DNA of 64,000 nucleotides, from the NCBI GenBank assembly GCA_963800275.1, contig CAWDAI010000013.1:1448-65447 (forward strand), read 5' to 3'. The notes beneath the pieces are model-generated. The model was not told the origin of the DNA and did no database searches. It saw only the letters and a list, made by a program, of their open reading frames with translations. This DNA comes from an uncultured Chloroflexia bacterium (lineage in GTDB: Bacteria; Chloroflexota; Limnocylindria; Limnocylindrales; CSP1-4). Of the stretch, positions 48,150-57,907 are shown piece by piece. A program made the translations under genes and the position numbers. The stretch's first letter is position 1. Each line of letters opens with the position of its first letter.

Positions 48150-48871
48150 CGCCCCAGCAGCAGCGCGAGCAGGCCGAGGAAGATGCAGATCGGGGCTGCC
48201 GCCAGGGCACCGGTCGCGAGCAAGAGCTCGCGGCGCCCGTCGGCCGCGAGCACACGCATGGCCTCGTCCTGGTCCAGCGTCGTCAGCAACAGCGGCCGGC
48301 CCAGCCCCGGTCCCAGCACGAGCGTCTCATCCGGGCCCCGGCGGGGCACGCCTGCGGCGGTCGCGTGGTCGACCGCCGAGATCTGCTCCACCAGCAGTCG
48401 CACGGGGGTATCGGGTGGCAGCTCCGGCAGCGGGCCGGTCCGCATCGCGTCCTCGGTCAGGTCCGCGGCGACGCCCTCCGAGTGGCGGGGCATGACCACC
48501 AGCCCGTCGCCCAGGGCGTCGGCATCGATGTTCACCTTGCGCCCTTGCTCACTGAGCCGGAAGGGCACAGCCAGGCGCTCGTCGTCGAAGGTCTGCCAGG
48601 CCCGCCCGGCGCGTCGTTGCAACCGCCGTCGGCGGTAGACGAGCGGCAGGCCGTTCTCGGCCGGGAACTCCTCGTCGCTGTCGATGCGCCCGTGGAGCCG
48701 GACGTAGCTGACCTCGCCGGCCTCGGCCAGGGCGGCTGCCTCTGCGAGCGTTCGCGGTGGCGCCGCCGCCAGCAACCGGCCCACGCGCCAGGCCGCGCCG
48801 CGTCGTCGGAGCAGGAGCCAGCCACCGATCCCGAGCAGGAGACCGAGGAGGATGAGGGCGGGGCCGATCAC
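48146..48871 (-). CDS. Hypothetical membrane protein
   Basis: N- and C-terminal TM helices flanking a soluble domain. Confidence 0.65.
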   Translation of the reverse strand: MIGPALILLGLLLGIGGWLLLRRRGAAWRVGRLLAAAPPRTLAEAAALAEAGEVSYVRLHGRIDSDEEFPAENGLPLVYRRRRLQRRAGRAWQTFDDERLAVPFRLSEQGRKVNIDADALGDGLVVMPRHSEGVAADLTEDAMRTGPLPELPPDTPVRLLVEQISAVDHATAAGVPRRGPDETLVLGPGLGRPLLLTTLDQDEAMRVLAADGRRELLLATGALAAAPICIFLGLLALLLGR

Positions 48872-48901
48872 GCTGCGATCACCGCGCCCGCGGCGCCGGG
48901 C

Positions 48902-49062
48902 AGGCAACGACCCGAAGGAACCTTCCGCGCGACGTGGGCCGTGATGTCATCGTGGCCGTTAGTCGGTTCCAGGGCCCCTCCGGGTCGAGCCGACCGTAGG
49001 CCTGAGGTAGTGCGGAGGTCAACGGTACCGATGGCGGATGTGGTGTCCGGGTGCACCGTCCT
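48902..49062 (-). ncRNA. ssrS: Probable 6S RNA
   Basis: ORF-free gap whose minus strand folds into a rod (ACCCGGA/TTCGGGT, TCCGC/GCGGA, CCGT/ACGG, central bubble, GGCC-GTCGG/CCGAC-GGCC), with a CTGGAACC...ACGGCCCAC segment resembling 6S RNAs. Confidence 0.5.
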
Positions 49063-49105
49063 ATCCACCGTTCGTCCACAACCGAGACGGATGCCAGCGG
49101 CGACC

Positions 49106-49675
49106 TCATCGCAGGCGTCCGCCGGTGGCCGGATCGAGACCGACCACCTCGCCACCGTAGGCGGTCAGCGTCAGCGCCTTCCCGACGAGCTCGGCGCCCG
49201 CGATGACGTCACTCTGGGCCACCCGCCAGCGGGTCTCACCGGCGGCATCGACCGCGATCGTCTCGACCTCGCTCTGGATGATGACGTGCTCCAGCCGGGG
49301 CGAGCCCAGGACGGCCACGATGGGCGTGCCCGAGAGGTACGACCAGGCCAGCTCACCGCTGCGCGCGGCCAGGCCGTAGACGCGGAAGCCGTACTTCACG
49401 ACCAGCTGCATGGGCGTGTCCCAGAGCAGCCCCTCTGGCTCGTCGAACACGGGCGAGGCGAAGCGGGCGGTCCAGATCCCGAGCGGCCCTTCCACGCGCA
49501 ACTCCGCGCGGCACATGCGGGTCGGATCGCCGCCGGCGAGGTCCACGTGGTCGGTCAGCTCGCCGCCGTCCTCGGACAGCCCGAAGACGTCATCGGCGCT
49601 GCCGCTGCCACCCCAGCGATAGCGTGCCGCCAACCCGCCGGGATAGCCGATGGTGGCGCGCTGGACCTCGCTCAC
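49106..49675 (-). CDS. Hypothetical protein with PQQ-like beta-propeller repeats
   Basis: GLAARSGELAW, AVDAAGETRW and GLDPATG. Confidence 0.6.
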   Translation of the reverse strand: MSEVQRATIGYPGGLAARYRWGGSGSADDVFGLSEDGGELTDHVDLAGGDPTRMCRAELRVEGPLGIWTARFASPVFDEPEGLLWDTPMQLVVKYGFRVYGLAARSGELAWSYLSGTPIVAVLGSPRLEHVIIQSEVETIAVDAAGETRWRVAQSDVIAGAELVGKALTLTAYGGEVVGLDPATGGRLR

Positions 49676-50202
49676 TCGGGGCTCGCTACGCGGACGGGGT
49701 CCGCACAGGGCGCCACGACCGCATCGGCCAGACGGGCCAGCGAGGCGGGGGCGATGGCGAAGACCGTGGTCGGCGTGCCCGCGGCCGCCCACACCACCTC
49801 GTAGCCGTCGAGTGCCGGGTCCATGACCACCCTGATCTGGCGCTGGTGACCGAAGGGCGGCACGCCGCCGATGGCGTAACCCGTCGCCTCCTTGACTTCC
49901 CTCGCGCTGGCTCGGCGCAGGCGCGTTCGGCCCGAGGCGCTCGCGAGGGCCGAGATGTCGACCCGATCGGTGCCGCGGACCAGGGCCACGAGCGGCTCGT
50001 CGCCGTCTTCCGGGCGGGCCGGGTCGACCGGCGACATGAAGACGAGGCTCTTGACGATCTGTCCCAGCTCGACCCCGATGGCCTCGGCCGCCTCCTGGGC
50101 GCTGTGCGTGGACTCGTCGAAGGCGACGATGTCGATGGTGACGCCGCGCCGGGCCGCAGCCGCGCGGACACGCTCGTTGGCCGGATGGGATGGATCAGGC
50201 AT
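49672..50202 (-). CDS. YbaK/EbsC family aminoacyl-tRNA deacylase
   Basis: GQIVKSLVF, TGYAIGGVPPFGH and WAAAGT. Confidence 0.92.
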   Translation of the reverse strand: MPDPSHPANERVRAAAARRGVTIDIVAFDESTHSAQEAAEAIGVELGQIVKSLVFMSPVDPARPEDGDEPLVALVRGTDRVDISALASASGRTRLRRASAREVKEATGYAIGGVPPFGHQRQIRVVMDPALDGYEVVWAAAGTPTTVFAIAPASLARLADAVVAPCADPVRVASPE

Positions 50203-50325
50203 GGCTGCGAGAGTCTAGGACATCACCTCTGACGGGGCCGTCGCGCCCGACGTCCCGCCCGCTGGTCCTGCCGGCCGCGGGCCTACGGTCCCGCTGGCAG
50301 GGCGGTGTACGATACGGTCACAACC

Positions 50326-50455
50326 ACACATGGGACAGGGGAGCGCCGGTAGCGGCGCTGAGAGTGCGGATGACCGCAGACCCTCGGAACCTGATCCGGT
50401 TCGTACCGGCGAAGGGAGTCGATGACCTCACCTCCGTCCCATCCAGACGGAGGTG
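50326..50455 (+). promoter_or_regulatory. TPP riboswitch with SD-sequestering expression platform
   Basis: AGGGGAGC...GCTGAGA...GACCCTCGGAACCTGATCCGGTTCGTACCGGCGAAGGGAG. The stem CACCTCCGTC/GACGGAGGTG (50429-50455) covers the SD. Confidence 0.95.
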
Positions 50456-50464
50456 TTGGTATCC

Positions 50465-51163
50465 ATGATCACTCCTGGACACGTGCTCGTCATCGCTGAT
50501 GGCGATGTCGATGAGGCGCTGCTGGGCACGCTCGCGGCCGAGGAGGGGGTGGCCCTGGTCGCCGCCGACGGTGGCGCCGGTCGGGTCCTGCGGGCAGGCC
50601 TCGTGCCGGACGTGGTGGTGGGGGACTTCGATTCGCTCAGCGGCGACGACCGTGCGCGCCTGGAGGGGCTCGGCGCCGAGCTGCGCGTGGCCTCCCCGGA
50701 CAAGGATGAGAGCGACACGGAGCTGTGCCTGCTGACCGCGCTGGAGCTGGGTGCCTCTCGCATCACGGTCCTGGGGGCCTTCGGCCTCGTCCGTCCGGAG
50801 CACAGCGTGGCCAACCTGATGCTGCTGGCGGACCCGCGTTTCGATGGGCTGGACCTGGCCCTTGCCGGGCGCGGCTCGCGCGTCGTCCGGCGCGGCACGG
50901 CCGATGGCCCCGCCCGGATCGAGCTGGAGGGCGAGCCCGGCGACTTCGTCTCGCTCTTCCCGCTGGGCGATGTGGTCGAGGGCGTGGTCACCGATGGCTT
51001 GCGCTTCCCGCTCACCGACGAAGCGCTGCTCCTGGGCACCCCTCGCGGCCTGTCCAACGAACTCCTCACCGGGCGCGCACGCGTCAGCGCACGACGCGGT
51101 CGCCTGCTCGTCATCCATACGCGTCGGTCGATGGCCGACGCGCCAGCCACAGGAGGTGCCTAG
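50465..51163 (+). CDS. thiN: Thiamine diphosphokinase
   Basis: AADGGA, VGDFDS, KDESDTELC, H..AN and GLSNE. Confidence 0.92.
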   Translation: MITPGHVLVIADGDVDEALLGTLAAEEGVALVAADGGAGRVLRAGLVPDVVVGDFDSLSGDDRARLEGLGAELRVASPDKDESDTELCLLTALELGASRITVLGAFGLVRPEHSVANLMLLADPRFDGLDLALAGRGSRVVRRGTADGPARIELEGEPGDFVSLFPLGDVVEGVVTDGLRFPLTDEALLLGTPRGLSNELLTGRARVSARRGRLLVIHTRRSMADAPATGGA

Positions 51164-52207
51164 ATGGACCGCACGACCGTCGCGCTCACCCTCGCCGCGG
51201 GCGCCCTCGTTCTCACGGCCCTGCCGGTGACGGCACAGGACAAGGTCCTCACCCTCATGACACACGATTCCTTCTACCTGCCCGAGGGTGCGCTCGAGTC
51301 CTTCGAGTCCGAGCATGGGGTCGATGTCCAGCTGCTGCCGGCGGGGGACGCCGGGGCCATGGTCAACCAGGCCATCCTGACGGCCGACCATCCGCTCGCC
51401 GACGTCCTCTTCGGCGTGGACAACACGTTCCTCTCGCGGGCACTCGCGGCCGATCTCTTCGAGCCCTACCGGTCGGCGGCTCTGGCGGAGGTGCCGGCCG
51501 ATCTGCAGCTCGACCCCGAGCACCGCGTCACACCCATCGACTACGGCGATGTCTGTCTCAACCTCGATCGCGCGGCTTTCGGCGAGGACGGCCTGCCCTG
51601 GCCCGAGACGCTCGACGACCTGGCCGATCCGGCCCTGGAGGGAGCGTTGGTGGTGGAGAACCCAGCGACCTCGTCGCCAGGCCTGGCCTTCCTGCTGGCC
51701 ACGATCGCGTCGTATGGAGAGGACGGCTGGCAGTCCTATTGGGCAGATCTGCGCGACAACGACGTGGCCGTGACCAGCGGCTGGGAGGAGGCCTACTACG
51801 GCCGCTTCAGCGGTGGCTCCGGTGAGGGCGACCGGCCCATCGTCGTCTCCTATGCCTCCAGCCCGGCGGCCGAGGTCATCTATGGTGCGGATCCTGCGGC
51901 GGCCGAGTCACCTATCGCCGCGATCGAACCCGGCTGCTTCCGGCAGGTCGAGTTCGCCGGCATCCTGCGTGGGACCGAGGAGCCGGAGCTGGCTGGAGCG
52001 CTCATCGACCACCTGCTCAGCCCGGAGGTGCAGGCGGAGCTGCCCCTGGCCATGTTCGTCTACCCCGCCCGTGCCGGCGTGGAGCTGCCGGCGGCATTCG
52101 CCGCCCATGCCCTGGTGCCCTCTGCTCCGGCCAGCCTCGACCCTGAGCTCATCGATGCCAAGCGCGAGGCCTGGATCAGCGAATGGACCGACATCGTCCT
52201 GCGTTGA
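51164..52207 (+). CDS. thiB: Thiamine ABC transporter substrate-binding protein
   Basis: THDSF, DYGDVCLN, ATSSPGLAFL, VSYASSP and CFRQVEFAG; under the TPP riboswitch. Confidence 0.92.
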   Translation: MDRTTVALTLAAGALVLTALPVTAQDKVLTLMTHDSFYLPEGALESFESEHGVDVQLLPAGDAGAMVNQAILTADHPLADVLFGVDNTFLSRALAADLFEPYRSAALAEVPADLQLDPEHRVTPIDYGDVCLNLDRAAFGEDGLPWPETLDDLADPALEGALVVENPATSSPGLAFLLATIASYGEDGWQSYWADLRDNDVAVTSGWEEAYYGRFSGGSGEGDRPIVVSYASSPAAEVIYGADPAAAESPIAAIEPGCFRQVEFAGILRGTEEPELAGALIDHLLSPEVQAELPLAMFVYPARAGVELPAAFAAHALVPSAPASLDPELIDAKREAWISEWTDIVLR

Positions 52208-53865
52208 GTCGCTGGGGCGCGCTGCTGGCGGTACCGCCCCTGGCGTTCCTGGCGCTCTTCTTCCTGTGGCCGGTAGCCAACATCCTGGGCCTCGGCCTGG
52301 CGCCCGACGGTCAGCTGCGGCTGGGGCATGTGCTCGAGACGTGGGCTCAGCCGTACGTGCTCGACACGGTCCTCTTCACGCTCGCCCTGGCTGGTCTGTC
52401 CACGCTCCTGACGCTCGTGCTGGGCCTGCCCGCGGCCTGGGTGTTCGCTCGCTTCGACTTCCCCCTCAAGCGCCCCTTGCGCGCGCTCACGGTGGTCCCG
52501 TTCGTGCTGCCGACGGTGGTGGTGGGTGCGGCGTTCCTGGCCCTGCTCGGCCCGCGCAGCCCCCTCGACGCGGTGGGCACCGCGCTCTTCGGCGAAGCCT
52601 TCCCGCAGGTCCGCCTCGATGGCTCGGTGCAGGCCATCCTCATCGCCAACGTCTTCTACAACATCGCCGTCATCATCCGCCTGGTCGGTGGCCTCTGGGC
52701 CCACATCGATCCGCGAGCCGAGGAGGCGGCGCGGATGCTCGGCGCCTCTCCCGCGCGGACGATGCGGGAGGTGACCTGGCCGCTGCTGCGGCCGGCCATC
52801 ATCAGTGCCGCTTCCATCGTCTTCCTCTTCACCGTCACCTCCTTCGGCGTGGTGCTGCTGCTGGGTGGTCCGCGCGACGTGACCCTGGAGGTGGAGATCT
52901 ACCGGCAGACCGCCATCCTGCTGGACCTGCCCACCGCGGCCGCGCTGACGCTCCTGCAGATGGGCGGCGTGGTGGTCCTGCTCTGGTTCAGCGCCCGGGC
53001 CCAGGAGGACCTGGCGGTCCAGCAGCGGTTGCGCGGTTCGAGTGAGACCGCCCGCCGTCCGCGGGGCCGGCGTCAACGGCTGCTGCTGGCGCTCATCCTG
53101 ACGGGCACCTGTCTGTTCATGTTCGTGCCCCTCGTTGTGCTGGTCGAGCGTTCGCTGGCGGGACCAGGAGGCTATGGCCTCGCGGCCTTCGGAGGGCTGC
53201 TGGAGGCAGACCCGCGCACCCGACTGCCGGTCGCCCCGTGGCATGCGATCGTGGATTCGCTCGCCTTCGCTGGGCTGACCACGCTCCTCGCGGGCACACT
53301 CGGGATGCTTGCTGCCGTCGTCGTGGGCTACGGGCGGGGCTGGCTCTCTCGCGGCGTCGATACGCTGGTGATGCTGCCGCTGGGCACCTCCGCGGTCATC
53401 GTCGGCTTCGGCTTCCTGGTCGCGCTCGATACGCCGCCGCTGGACCTGCGCACCTCGATCCTGCTCATCCCCATCGCCCACACGCTCATCGCCCTGCCCT
53501 TCGTGATGCGCTCGGTCGTGCCCGTGGTGCGGTCCATCGACGAGCGCCTGCGTGAGGCCGCGGCAGTGCTCGGCGCATCCCCACGGCGAGCCTGGCGGGA
53601 GGTGGACGGCCCCATCCTCGCGCGCGCGGGCCTCGTCGGCGCTGGGTTCGCCTTCGCCGTCTCGCTGGGTGAGTTCGGTGCCACCCTCTTCATCGCCCGT
53701 CCCGACACGGTCACCATCCCGGTCGCCATCTACCGCTTGCTGGGTCAGCCGGGAGCGGCCAACTTCGCCGCGGCCATGGCCCTCGCGGTCGTGCTCATGG
53801 CCCTGACCACCAGCGCGGTGCTGCTCATCGACCGTCTGCGCGGCGGCGGTCCGCAGCCCTTCTGA
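52204..53865 (+). CDS. thiP: Thiamine ABC transporter permease
   Basis: Two EAA loops, PFVLPT and SLGEFGAT. Confidence 0.9.
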   Translation: MSRWGALLAVPPLAFLALFFLWPVANILGLGLAPDGQLRLGHVLETWAQPYVLDTVLFTLALAGLSTLLTLVLGLPAAWVFARFDFPLKRPLRALTVVPFVLPTVVVGAAFLALLGPRSPLDAVGTALFGEAFPQVRLDGSVQAILIANVFYNIAVIIRLVGGLWAHIDPRAEEAARMLGASPARTMREVTWPLLRPAIISAASIVFLFTVTSFGVVLLLGGPRDVTLEVEIYRQTAILLDLPTAAALTLLQMGGVVVLLWFSARAQEDLAVQQRLRGSSETARRPRGRRQRLLLALILTGTCLFMFVPLVVLVERSLAGPGGYGLAAFGGLLEADPRTRLPVAPWHAIVDSLAFAGLTTLLAGTLGMLAAVVVGYGRGWLSRGVDTLVMLPLGTSAVIVGFGFLVALDTPPLDLRTSILLIPIAHTLIALPFVMRSVVPVVRSIDERLREAAAVLGASPRRAWREVDGPILARAGLVGAGFAFAVSLGEFGATLFIARPDTVTIPVAIYRLLGQPGAANFAAAMALAVVLMALTTSAVLLIDRLRGGGPQPF

Positions 53866-54965
53866 TGGACGAGCTGCGGATCGCGGGTCTGTGCGCCTCC
53901 TATGATGACGTGCCCGTCCTCGTCGACATCGACCTGCGCTCGCGCGGCGGAGAGCTGCTCTGCGTGCTCGGTCCCAGTGGCAGTGGCAAGTCGACCCTCC
54001 TGCGCGTCATCGCCGGGCTGGAAGTGCCCACGGCCGGGCGCATCATCCTCGACGGCCGCGACCTCGCCGGCGTGCCGGCCCATGGACGCGGGGTGGGCCT
54101 GATGTTCCAGGACTTCGCCCTCTTTCCGCACCGCAACGTGGGCCAGAACGTGGCCTTCGGGCTGCGCATGCAGGGCCTGCCGGCCGACGCGATCCGCGAG
54201 CGGGTGAGCGAGCTGCTGGAGCTGGTCGGGCTGCCCGGCGCCGAGGGGCGGTCGGTGACCCAGCTCTCCGGTGGTGAGCAGCAGCGCGTGGCCCTCGCGC
54301 GCGCGCTGGCGCCGCGTCCGCGCTTGCTCATGCTCGACGAGCCCATGGGCTCATTGGACCGGGCCCTGCGTGAGCGGCTGCCAGAGGAGCTGCGGGCCAT
54401 CTTCGACGAGCTGGGCCTGACGGTCATCTACGTCACGCACGACCAGGATGAGGCCCTCTCGGTCGCCGACCGCGTGCTGCTCTTGCGCGCTGGCCGGGTC
54501 GCGGCCGAGGGTACGCCGGAGGCCCTCTGGACCCGGCCGCCGAGCGCGTGGGTGGCCCGTTTCCTCGGCTTCCGCAACGTGGGTGGCGGGCAGCTCGGGG
54601 ACGGGCAGCTGCGCACGCCCTGGGGCGAGCTGCCACTGGGTTCGGCCGAGGCGATCGCCCCGCTGCCGCCGGACGGTCCCGTGACGGTGGTCGTGCGCCC
54701 GGCAGCGCTCGTGCCCGCGGCGGACGGCCCCATCCGTGGCCAGGTCGCGGCCCGCCGCTTCCGCGGTGACCACGTGCAGCTGATCGTCGAGGTCGGGTCT
54801 GCGCCGCCACTGCAGGTGGAGGCGCGCGAGGCGCAGCTGCCGACCGTCGGCGAGCGGGTCTCCTACACGGTGCGCCCCGGAGGCCTGCACCTCATCGCCG
54901 GGGCCGATGGCGGAGCCGGGGCCGATGGCGAAGTCTCGCCGTCGGCGCTACATTCGGAGCCATGA
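53865..54965 (+). CDS. thiQ: Thiamine ABC transporter ATP-binding protein
   Basis: GPSGSGKS, LSGGEQQR, LDEP and VTHDQ. Confidence 0.9.
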   Translation: MDELRIAGLCASYDDVPVLVDIDLRSRGGELLCVLGPSGSGKSTLLRVIAGLEVPTAGRIILDGRDLAGVPAHGRGVGLMFQDFALFPHRNVGQNVAFGLRMQGLPADAIRERVSELLELVGLPGAEGRSVTQLSGGEQQRVALARALAPRPRLLMLDEPMGSLDRALRERLPEELRAIFDELGLTVIYVTHDQDEALSVADRVLLLRAGRVAAEGTPEALWTRPPSAWVARFLGFRNVGGGQLGDGQLRTPWGELPLGSAEAIAPLPPDGPVTVVVRPAALVPAADGPIRGQVAARRFRGDHVQLIVEVGSAPPLQVEAREAQLPTVGERVSYTVRPGGLHLIAGADGGAGADGEVSPSALHSEP

Positions 54966-55444
54966 CCACCGCCATGCCCCAGGTCGGCGAGCCAGCGCCC
55001 TCGTTCGAGCTGACCGATGACACCGGTACCACCCAGGCGCTCGAGGCCCAACGTGGCCGCTGGGTCGTGCTCTTCTTCTATCCCAAGGACTTCACCTCGG
55101 GCTGCACCGACGAGGTCTGTGCCTTCCGCGACCTTTCCGCCGACTTCGCGGCGGCCGGCGCCACCGTCTGGTCGGTGAGCGTGCTCGACGCCGAGAGCAA
55201 GGCCCGCTTCAAGGCCAAGCACGGCCTGAACTTCCCGCTCCTGGCCGATCCGGACCACGAGGTCGCCGAGCGCTACGGCGTGTGGGTCGAGAAGAAGAAC
55301 TACGCCAAGACCTACTACGGCATCGCCCGCACGACGTTCCTCGTCGATCCCGCCGGGCGCATCGCCCGAGTCTGGCCCAAAGTGAAGGTGGACGGTCACG
55401 CCGCCGAGGCCCTGGCCGCCGTGCGCGAACTGGCCGGGGGCTGA
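54962..55444 (+). CDS. bcp: Peroxiredoxin BCP/PrxQ
   Basis: FYPKDFTSGCTDEVCAFRD and RTTFLVD. Confidence 0.94.
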   Translation: MTTAMPQVGEPAPSFELTDDTGTTQALEAQRGRWVVLFFYPKDFTSGCTDEVCAFRDLSADFAAAGATVWSVSVLDAESKARFKAKHGLNFPLLADPDHEVAERYGVWVEKKNYAKTYYGIARTTFLVDPAGRIARVWPKVKVDGHAAEALAAVRELAGG

Positions 55445-55655
55445 CGCTGAGCGCTTGCCAGGGACATGAAGAGACGTCGCTCGTGGGGGGAGACGAGCGA
55501 CGTCGTTCGCACAGCATAGCGATGTTCGCGCAAGAATCAAGTACTTGCCAAGTGATTTTTGCGAAGCTGCCCGCCGCCGCCAGAGCAGGTTCGCTCGAGT
55601 CGCGGCAGACTCGGGGCGAGGCCGCGCACGGCGCGGCTTGCCGAGGGGAGAACCG

Positions 55656-57209
55656 ATGAAGCTCGACAAGGCCCTGGCCGCGATCGGCCTGGCGCTGGCC
55701 TGCGCATCCGCCGTCGTCTCGGTCGGTGACGTGCGGGCACAGACAGCAACCCCCCAGCCGGCTTCGCCCACAGCTGAGGAGTCGACGTTCCCGCCCGCGG
55801 AGTCGTCGGCGGTCCCGGGCGAGCCCGTCGCCAACGGCGAGGCCCCCCGCCCCAACGTGGTGGTGCTCTACACCGACGACGTGAACCCCGGCACGCCCTG
55901 GCTCTGGGGCAACAGCAAGCGCACCCCCGATCTCGCTCGCTTCCGTCACCAGGGTGTCGAGTTCCGTAACGCCGTCGGCTCGACGCCGCTCTGCGGGCCC
56001 TCGCGCGCGACCCTGCTCACCGGCCGATACGGGCACGAGAACGGCGTGACCGGTAACCAGCTGCGCGGCTTTGACCCCTCCGATACGCTGGCCACACGAC
56101 TGCAGGACGTGGGTTACCACACGATGCTGGTGGGCAAGGCCGGCAACGGCATCGCCTCCGTGGCGCGGACCCGGGCCCAGGTCGAGCGGCAGGCGCAGGG
56201 CTTCGACGACTACGACATCATCTGGAAGCGCGCGCGGCGCTACCACGGCCAGTTCTACGGCTACTCCATGTGGACGCGCGAGGGGGTGCTGTGGAAGGGC
56301 AGCCGGCCCCAGGATCACTCCACCTACGTGATCGGCAAGCGCCTCGCCCAGCGCATCCGTCAGGCCCCCGCGGACGAGCCCATCTTCGCGGTCGCGTCGC
56401 TCAACAGCGGCCACGTGCCCAACACCCCCTTCGCCTGGCACCGTGGCAGCGCGGCCTGCGAACGCGTCGCGCCCTACCGGGCGCCGTCATACAACGAAGC
56501 GGACGTCTCGGACAAGCCGGCCTACATCCGCAGGCTGCCCCGGCTGCCGCGCCCGAGCTTCGAGCTCACGAGCCGGTGCCAGGAGTTCCTGGGCGTGGAG
56601 GCCACGCTGCACCGGATCCGGCAGGCGCTCGCGGACAGCGGTCGCCTGCGCGACACGCTCTTCGTCTTCACCTCCGACAACGGCTACCTCCTGGGCGACC
56701 ACCGCATGCCGGGCGACGGCGACAAGTGGTGGCCGCACGCGGTGCCGGTACCGTTCTACGTGCTCTGGCCCAAGGTGCTGGGCAACGAGCGGCGCGTGGT
56801 CGACGAGCCCATCTCCAGCGTGGACCTGCCGGTCACGGTCTGCGCACTCGCCGGCTGCGCGCTTCACGATCCCGACGGCTTCGACATCACCCCGCTCCTG
56901 ACCGGTGAGGCCACCCGGCTCGACCGCGACTTCCTCTATCTCGAGCTGCTCCGGCCGCGAGGCAAGATGCCGCCGTGGTATGGCTTGCTCACCACCTTCG
57001 CCTACGACCCTGACACCCTCTTCCAGTACATCGAGTACCGCACCGGCGAACGCGAGCTCTACAACGTCACCCGCGACCCCTATCGACTGCAGAACCTGGC
57101 CAACACGCCACGCAAGGCGGATTTGGTGGAGGACCTGCATCGCCGGCTCCACGACGAGGTCGTCGAGCCCGACGGCGTGCGCTTCCCGTCAGCGCGACCA
57201 GGTTCGTGA
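55656..57209 (+). CDS. Secreted sulfatase (Cys-type)
   Basis: Signal peptide, PNVVVLYTDD, LCGPSRATLLTGRY, FTSDNG and ELYN..DPY..QNLA. Confidence 0.9.
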   Translation: MKLDKALAAIGLALACASAVVSVGDVRAQTATPQPASPTAEESTFPPAESSAVPGEPVANGEAPRPNVVVLYTDDVNPGTPWLWGNSKRTPDLARFRHQGVEFRNAVGSTPLCGPSRATLLTGRYGHENGVTGNQLRGFDPSDTLATRLQDVGYHTMLVGKAGNGIASVARTRAQVERQAQGFDDYDIIWKRARRYHGQFYGYSMWTREGVLWKGSRPQDHSTYVIGKRLAQRIRQAPADEPIFAVASLNSGHVPNTPFAWHRGSAACERVAPYRAPSYNEADVSDKPAYIRRLPRLPRPSFELTSRCQEFLGVEATLHRIRQALADSGRLRDTLFVFTSDNGYLLGDHRMPGDGDKWWPHAVPVPFYVLWPKVLGNERRVVDEPISSVDLPVTVCALAGCALHDPDGFDITPLLTGEATRLDRDFLYLELLRPRGKMPPWYGLLTTFAYDPDTLFQYIEYRTGERELYNVTRDPYRLQNLANTPRKADLVEDLHRRLHDEVVEPDGVRFPSARPGS

Positions 57210-57895
57210 CCGCCTCGCCGCGGCCGATGACGGGCGCGACCGAGCCGCCTCGCCCGCAGCGGCTGCTGGTGGTGGTGGCGCACCCGGCCGATGCCGACGA
57301 CGCCATCGGAGGCACGGTCGCGGGCTGGGTGGGGGCGGGTACCGAAGCGCGCCTCGTGTGCTGCACCAGTGGCGATGCCACCGGTGGCGACGCCGCCAGC
57401 GATCCGCTGGAGCTGGCCGCCGGCCGCGAGCGCGGGCAACGCGAGGCCGCGGCCGTGCTGGGCTACGCCGAGGTGTCGTTCCTGCACGCACCCGACGGCG
57501 CCCTGGCCAACGACCTGGCCCTGCGCGAGCAGCTCGTCCGCTGCATCCGCTCCTTTCGCCCCGACACCCTGGCCACATGCGATCCGCGGGTGTTGCTGCA
57601 CGCTTCGGGCCGGGTCAACCACGTGGATCACCGAGCTGCCGGTGCTGCCGCCATCGATGCCCAGCCCGCGGCGGCCAATGCCATGGCCTTCCCCCACCTG
57701 GCCCGCACGGAGGACCTGCCTCCGCACCGGGTCGATCGGTTGCTGCTCTTCGGCACCGACGACCCCGGCTACAGGCTCGACGTCAGCGCGGCGATCGAGC
57801 TGAAGGCGCGCGCGCTCCGGGCGGACCCGGATGGCGGTCGGGGCACCGTCGAGGCCAGTCCGATCGAGGCGTTCAGCATCATGGAGCTCGCCTGA
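57206..57895 (+). CDS. PIG-L/LmbE family deacetylase (atypical motif)
   Basis: LVVVAHPADAD, CTSGD, RERGQREAAAVLG and NHVDH. Confidence 0.8.
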   Translation: MTASPRPMTGATEPPRPQRLLVVVAHPADADDAIGGTVAGWVGAGTEARLVCCTSGDATGGDAASDPLELAAGRERGQREAAAVLGYAEVSFLHAPDGALANDLALREQLVRCIRSFRPDTLATCDPRVLLHASGRVNHVDHRAAGAAAIDAQPAAANAMAFPHLARTEDLPPHRVDRLLLFGTDDPGYRLDVSAAIELKARALRADPDGGRGTVEASPIEAFSIMELA

Positions 57896-57907
57896 GCGGA
57901 ACCGCGC

